This document shows positions 62,331 through 64,000 of a stretch of 64,000 nucleotides of DNA, piece after piece. Position 1 is the first letter of the stretch. Every line of letters starts with the position of its first letter. A program made the position numbers and the translations under genes. Origin of the DNA: Podospora anserina (Eukaryota); assembly GCA_017654855.1 (NCBI GenBank), contig CM030337.1, forward strand, positions 1,674,001 to 1,738,000, in the 5' to 3' direction. A model generated the notes under the pieces. The model did not search any database. It was not told the origin of the DNA and was given only the letters and a program-made list of their open reading frames with translations.

Positions 62331-63258
62331 GTCTTGCCCCGCGTCAATATTTTCTTCCGTGTTGCCAGCTTTCCCCATCTTGATGTTGTCATTTGAATCG
62401 CCGCCTTTCTGTGTGCCATTGACCTTCTCAACGAGTGGTGGCTGGCCGTTTTTCGACAGATTGTACAGTTTACTTCTGACTTTGGTCTCAGGTATGCCGA
62501 GTGCCTCCGAAAGTTCTGGGAGAGAGCGCCCGGAATTGTGACGAAGATAATCCACCTCCATCGCCGTCCACACGTGTATGTTCCGTCGTGGAATGCTCAA
62601 GCCCTGACTGGCGCATGCCCTACGAATGCGCCTCAACTTTCCCTTAACTTTCTCAGAGGATCTTCCGAGTGAATCTCCTATTTCTCGATCAGTAAAAGTC
62701 AAGTTTTTAAGAATAAACTCTTCTTCAAGCTTCGTCCACGTCCCTTCCTTTGGGGGAGGTTTCAAACCCAGTTGCCTCCTTTTCCAGTTGATTGCATTGG
62801 AAGATCTGTTGAGTGCCTTTGATAATTGGTTGGCACGAAGAAAAGCCGCATTTTCAACAAGAAACTTCTCTTCATTTTCCGTCCATCGTGGCGTTGATTT
62901 GCTATCGGTTTGGATGGTATGTATTGCGCTTAATCTTCTGTGGATTGCCAGGGGAGATCTCTTGAGTGCCCTTGATAGCTAGGTGATAGTAAGAGAAGTC
63001 GAATTTTCAAGAAGAAACTTCTTTTCACCATCCGTCCATAGTCGATTTGCGGTTTGGACTTCCTCGGCGTGGGGCGTATTGTCGACGGCCCTTTCCGGGA
63101 AAGGAGAAATCGAATGTGCCATAGTGCGGACAACGAACAAAAAGATAATAAAAGCGCGCAGATTGTGGGGGATCTGTGGATTGAGAAGAAGTGTTCCTCT
63201 TATTGTTTTAAAATCATGAGTTGACTGCGATAATTGCATGTAATTGTAAACCGGAGGG

Positions 63259-63386
63259 GCGGGCGGAGAGAGAAATCCGCGGCGCGACAATCTGATCTTC
63301 GGTATCCTAGCCCCAATCGCGATTAGAGCCAATCTTGCTGTCGTCAGCTTCATGCTGGACAGGGGGTGGGCGGAGAAGCTCTCCGC
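63259..63386 (-). promoter_or_regulatory. GCGGGCGGAG and inverted GCGGAGA-N3-TCTCCGC motifs upstream of the Myb-like gene
   Basis: Seen at 63259-63268 and 63370-63386. Confidence 0.5.
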
Positions 63387-64000
63387 GGCATGTACTCCAA
63401 TAAATCACCTAATTTTACTAAGGTAACCAACAACCAGAAGCTTAGAACATCCCCGGCTCACTGATATTGTGATCTAACCCAGGTAGGCATTGCGAGACGA
63501 AATGGCGATCATCCAAGCGACCGAAAATGTGCTTGTGCGCGTTGCTCCTCTGCTCCATGTCTGGAAAGCCACTCACAGCCGCTCTCCAACTAGCACTCTA
63601 GGTACCTAGGTACCTATGCTCCTCCCCTTGAGTGGTAGTGTGCAGGTTTGGCGCTTTGCATGGCCGGTGGCCTTGCTCCCAACACTGTGTAATGCAAACA
63701 TCAGTTGGCCTGGATGCCTTTTATCTGACTTGTATAATATCTTCATCCACCATACACATTCTTTACATACCTATCTAGGTACCTACCTGCCTATCTTACT
63801 TGCTTATTGCCTTTATTTGACAGTACTGGGTCCGCTTTCACTACCTAAGTACCTTACTCGACCGACTCGACATGGCCGTTGGATTGGAGCCGTGGGTGTA
63901 TGTCCTCCGGGGTTGTTGTGCCATCGCCGTTTTCGTCGCCATCGTCTTCGCAATCCCTATTGTATCGTCATTCGGTACGGGGGATGCTAGAATCTACACA

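Larger units (their letters stand above)
61536..63122 (-). pseudogene. Four-repeat Myb/SANT-HTH-like protein with acidic repetitive tail; one in-frame TAG at codon 48
   Basis: 529-codon intronless frame from ATG 63122, broken only by TAG 62979-62981; four WTxxE repeats. Confidence 0.7.
46900..63400. mobile_element. Accessory gene island, possibly cargo of a large mobile element; boundaries approximate
   Basis: Abrupt switch from conserved housekeeping genes to compact orphan genes with a shared upstream motif, internal tandem duplications and premature stops; no transposase or recombinase seen. Confidence 0.4.

Noticed and set aside
61491-62541. Plus-strand 301-aa and 236-aa ORFs
   Set aside because: Stop-free frames produced by the tandem repeats of the minus-strand Myb-like gene.
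46200-64000. Starship captain, DDE transposase, retroelement or Spok-like gene
   Set aside because: No ORF with recognisable recombinase, transposase, RT or Spok features, and no terminal repeats identified by eye.

Overview
Eukaryotic DNA from a filamentous ascomycete, with short GT-AG introns and CTRAC/CTAAC branch points. Gene content points to a Sordariomycete, possibly Podospora-like (inference). The window has two parts. (1) About 1-46.2 kb is ordinary core genome: an Atos/FAM214-like 3' fragment, L-2-hydroxyglutarate dehydrogenase, a PH-domain protein, eIF3g, CHO2, a LIM-RhoGAP, a DUF2415 WD40 protein, mitochondrial Hsp70, a multicopper oxidase, SRP68, the PPR protein CYA-5/Pet309 and an RBM26/27-like protein. 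(2) From about 46.9 kb to at least 63.4 kb is an accessory island of compact orphan genes. After manual splicing, five of them look like putative DNA-binding regulators from four fold classes: two Zn2Cys6, one HMG-box-like, one four-repeat Myb/HTH-like and one FAR1/AFT-like. The island also holds a 7-TM receptor-like protein and a CYSTM-like protein. Seven of its upstream regions carry the same CTCCGC(CC)/GCGGAG motif, mostly as tandem arrays near TATA boxes. Two otherwise intact genes each contain a single in-frame TAG. No transposase or tyrosine recombinase is visible, so a Starship-like origin is a hypothesis only. All family assignments come from motif recognition by eye; no database searches were run.
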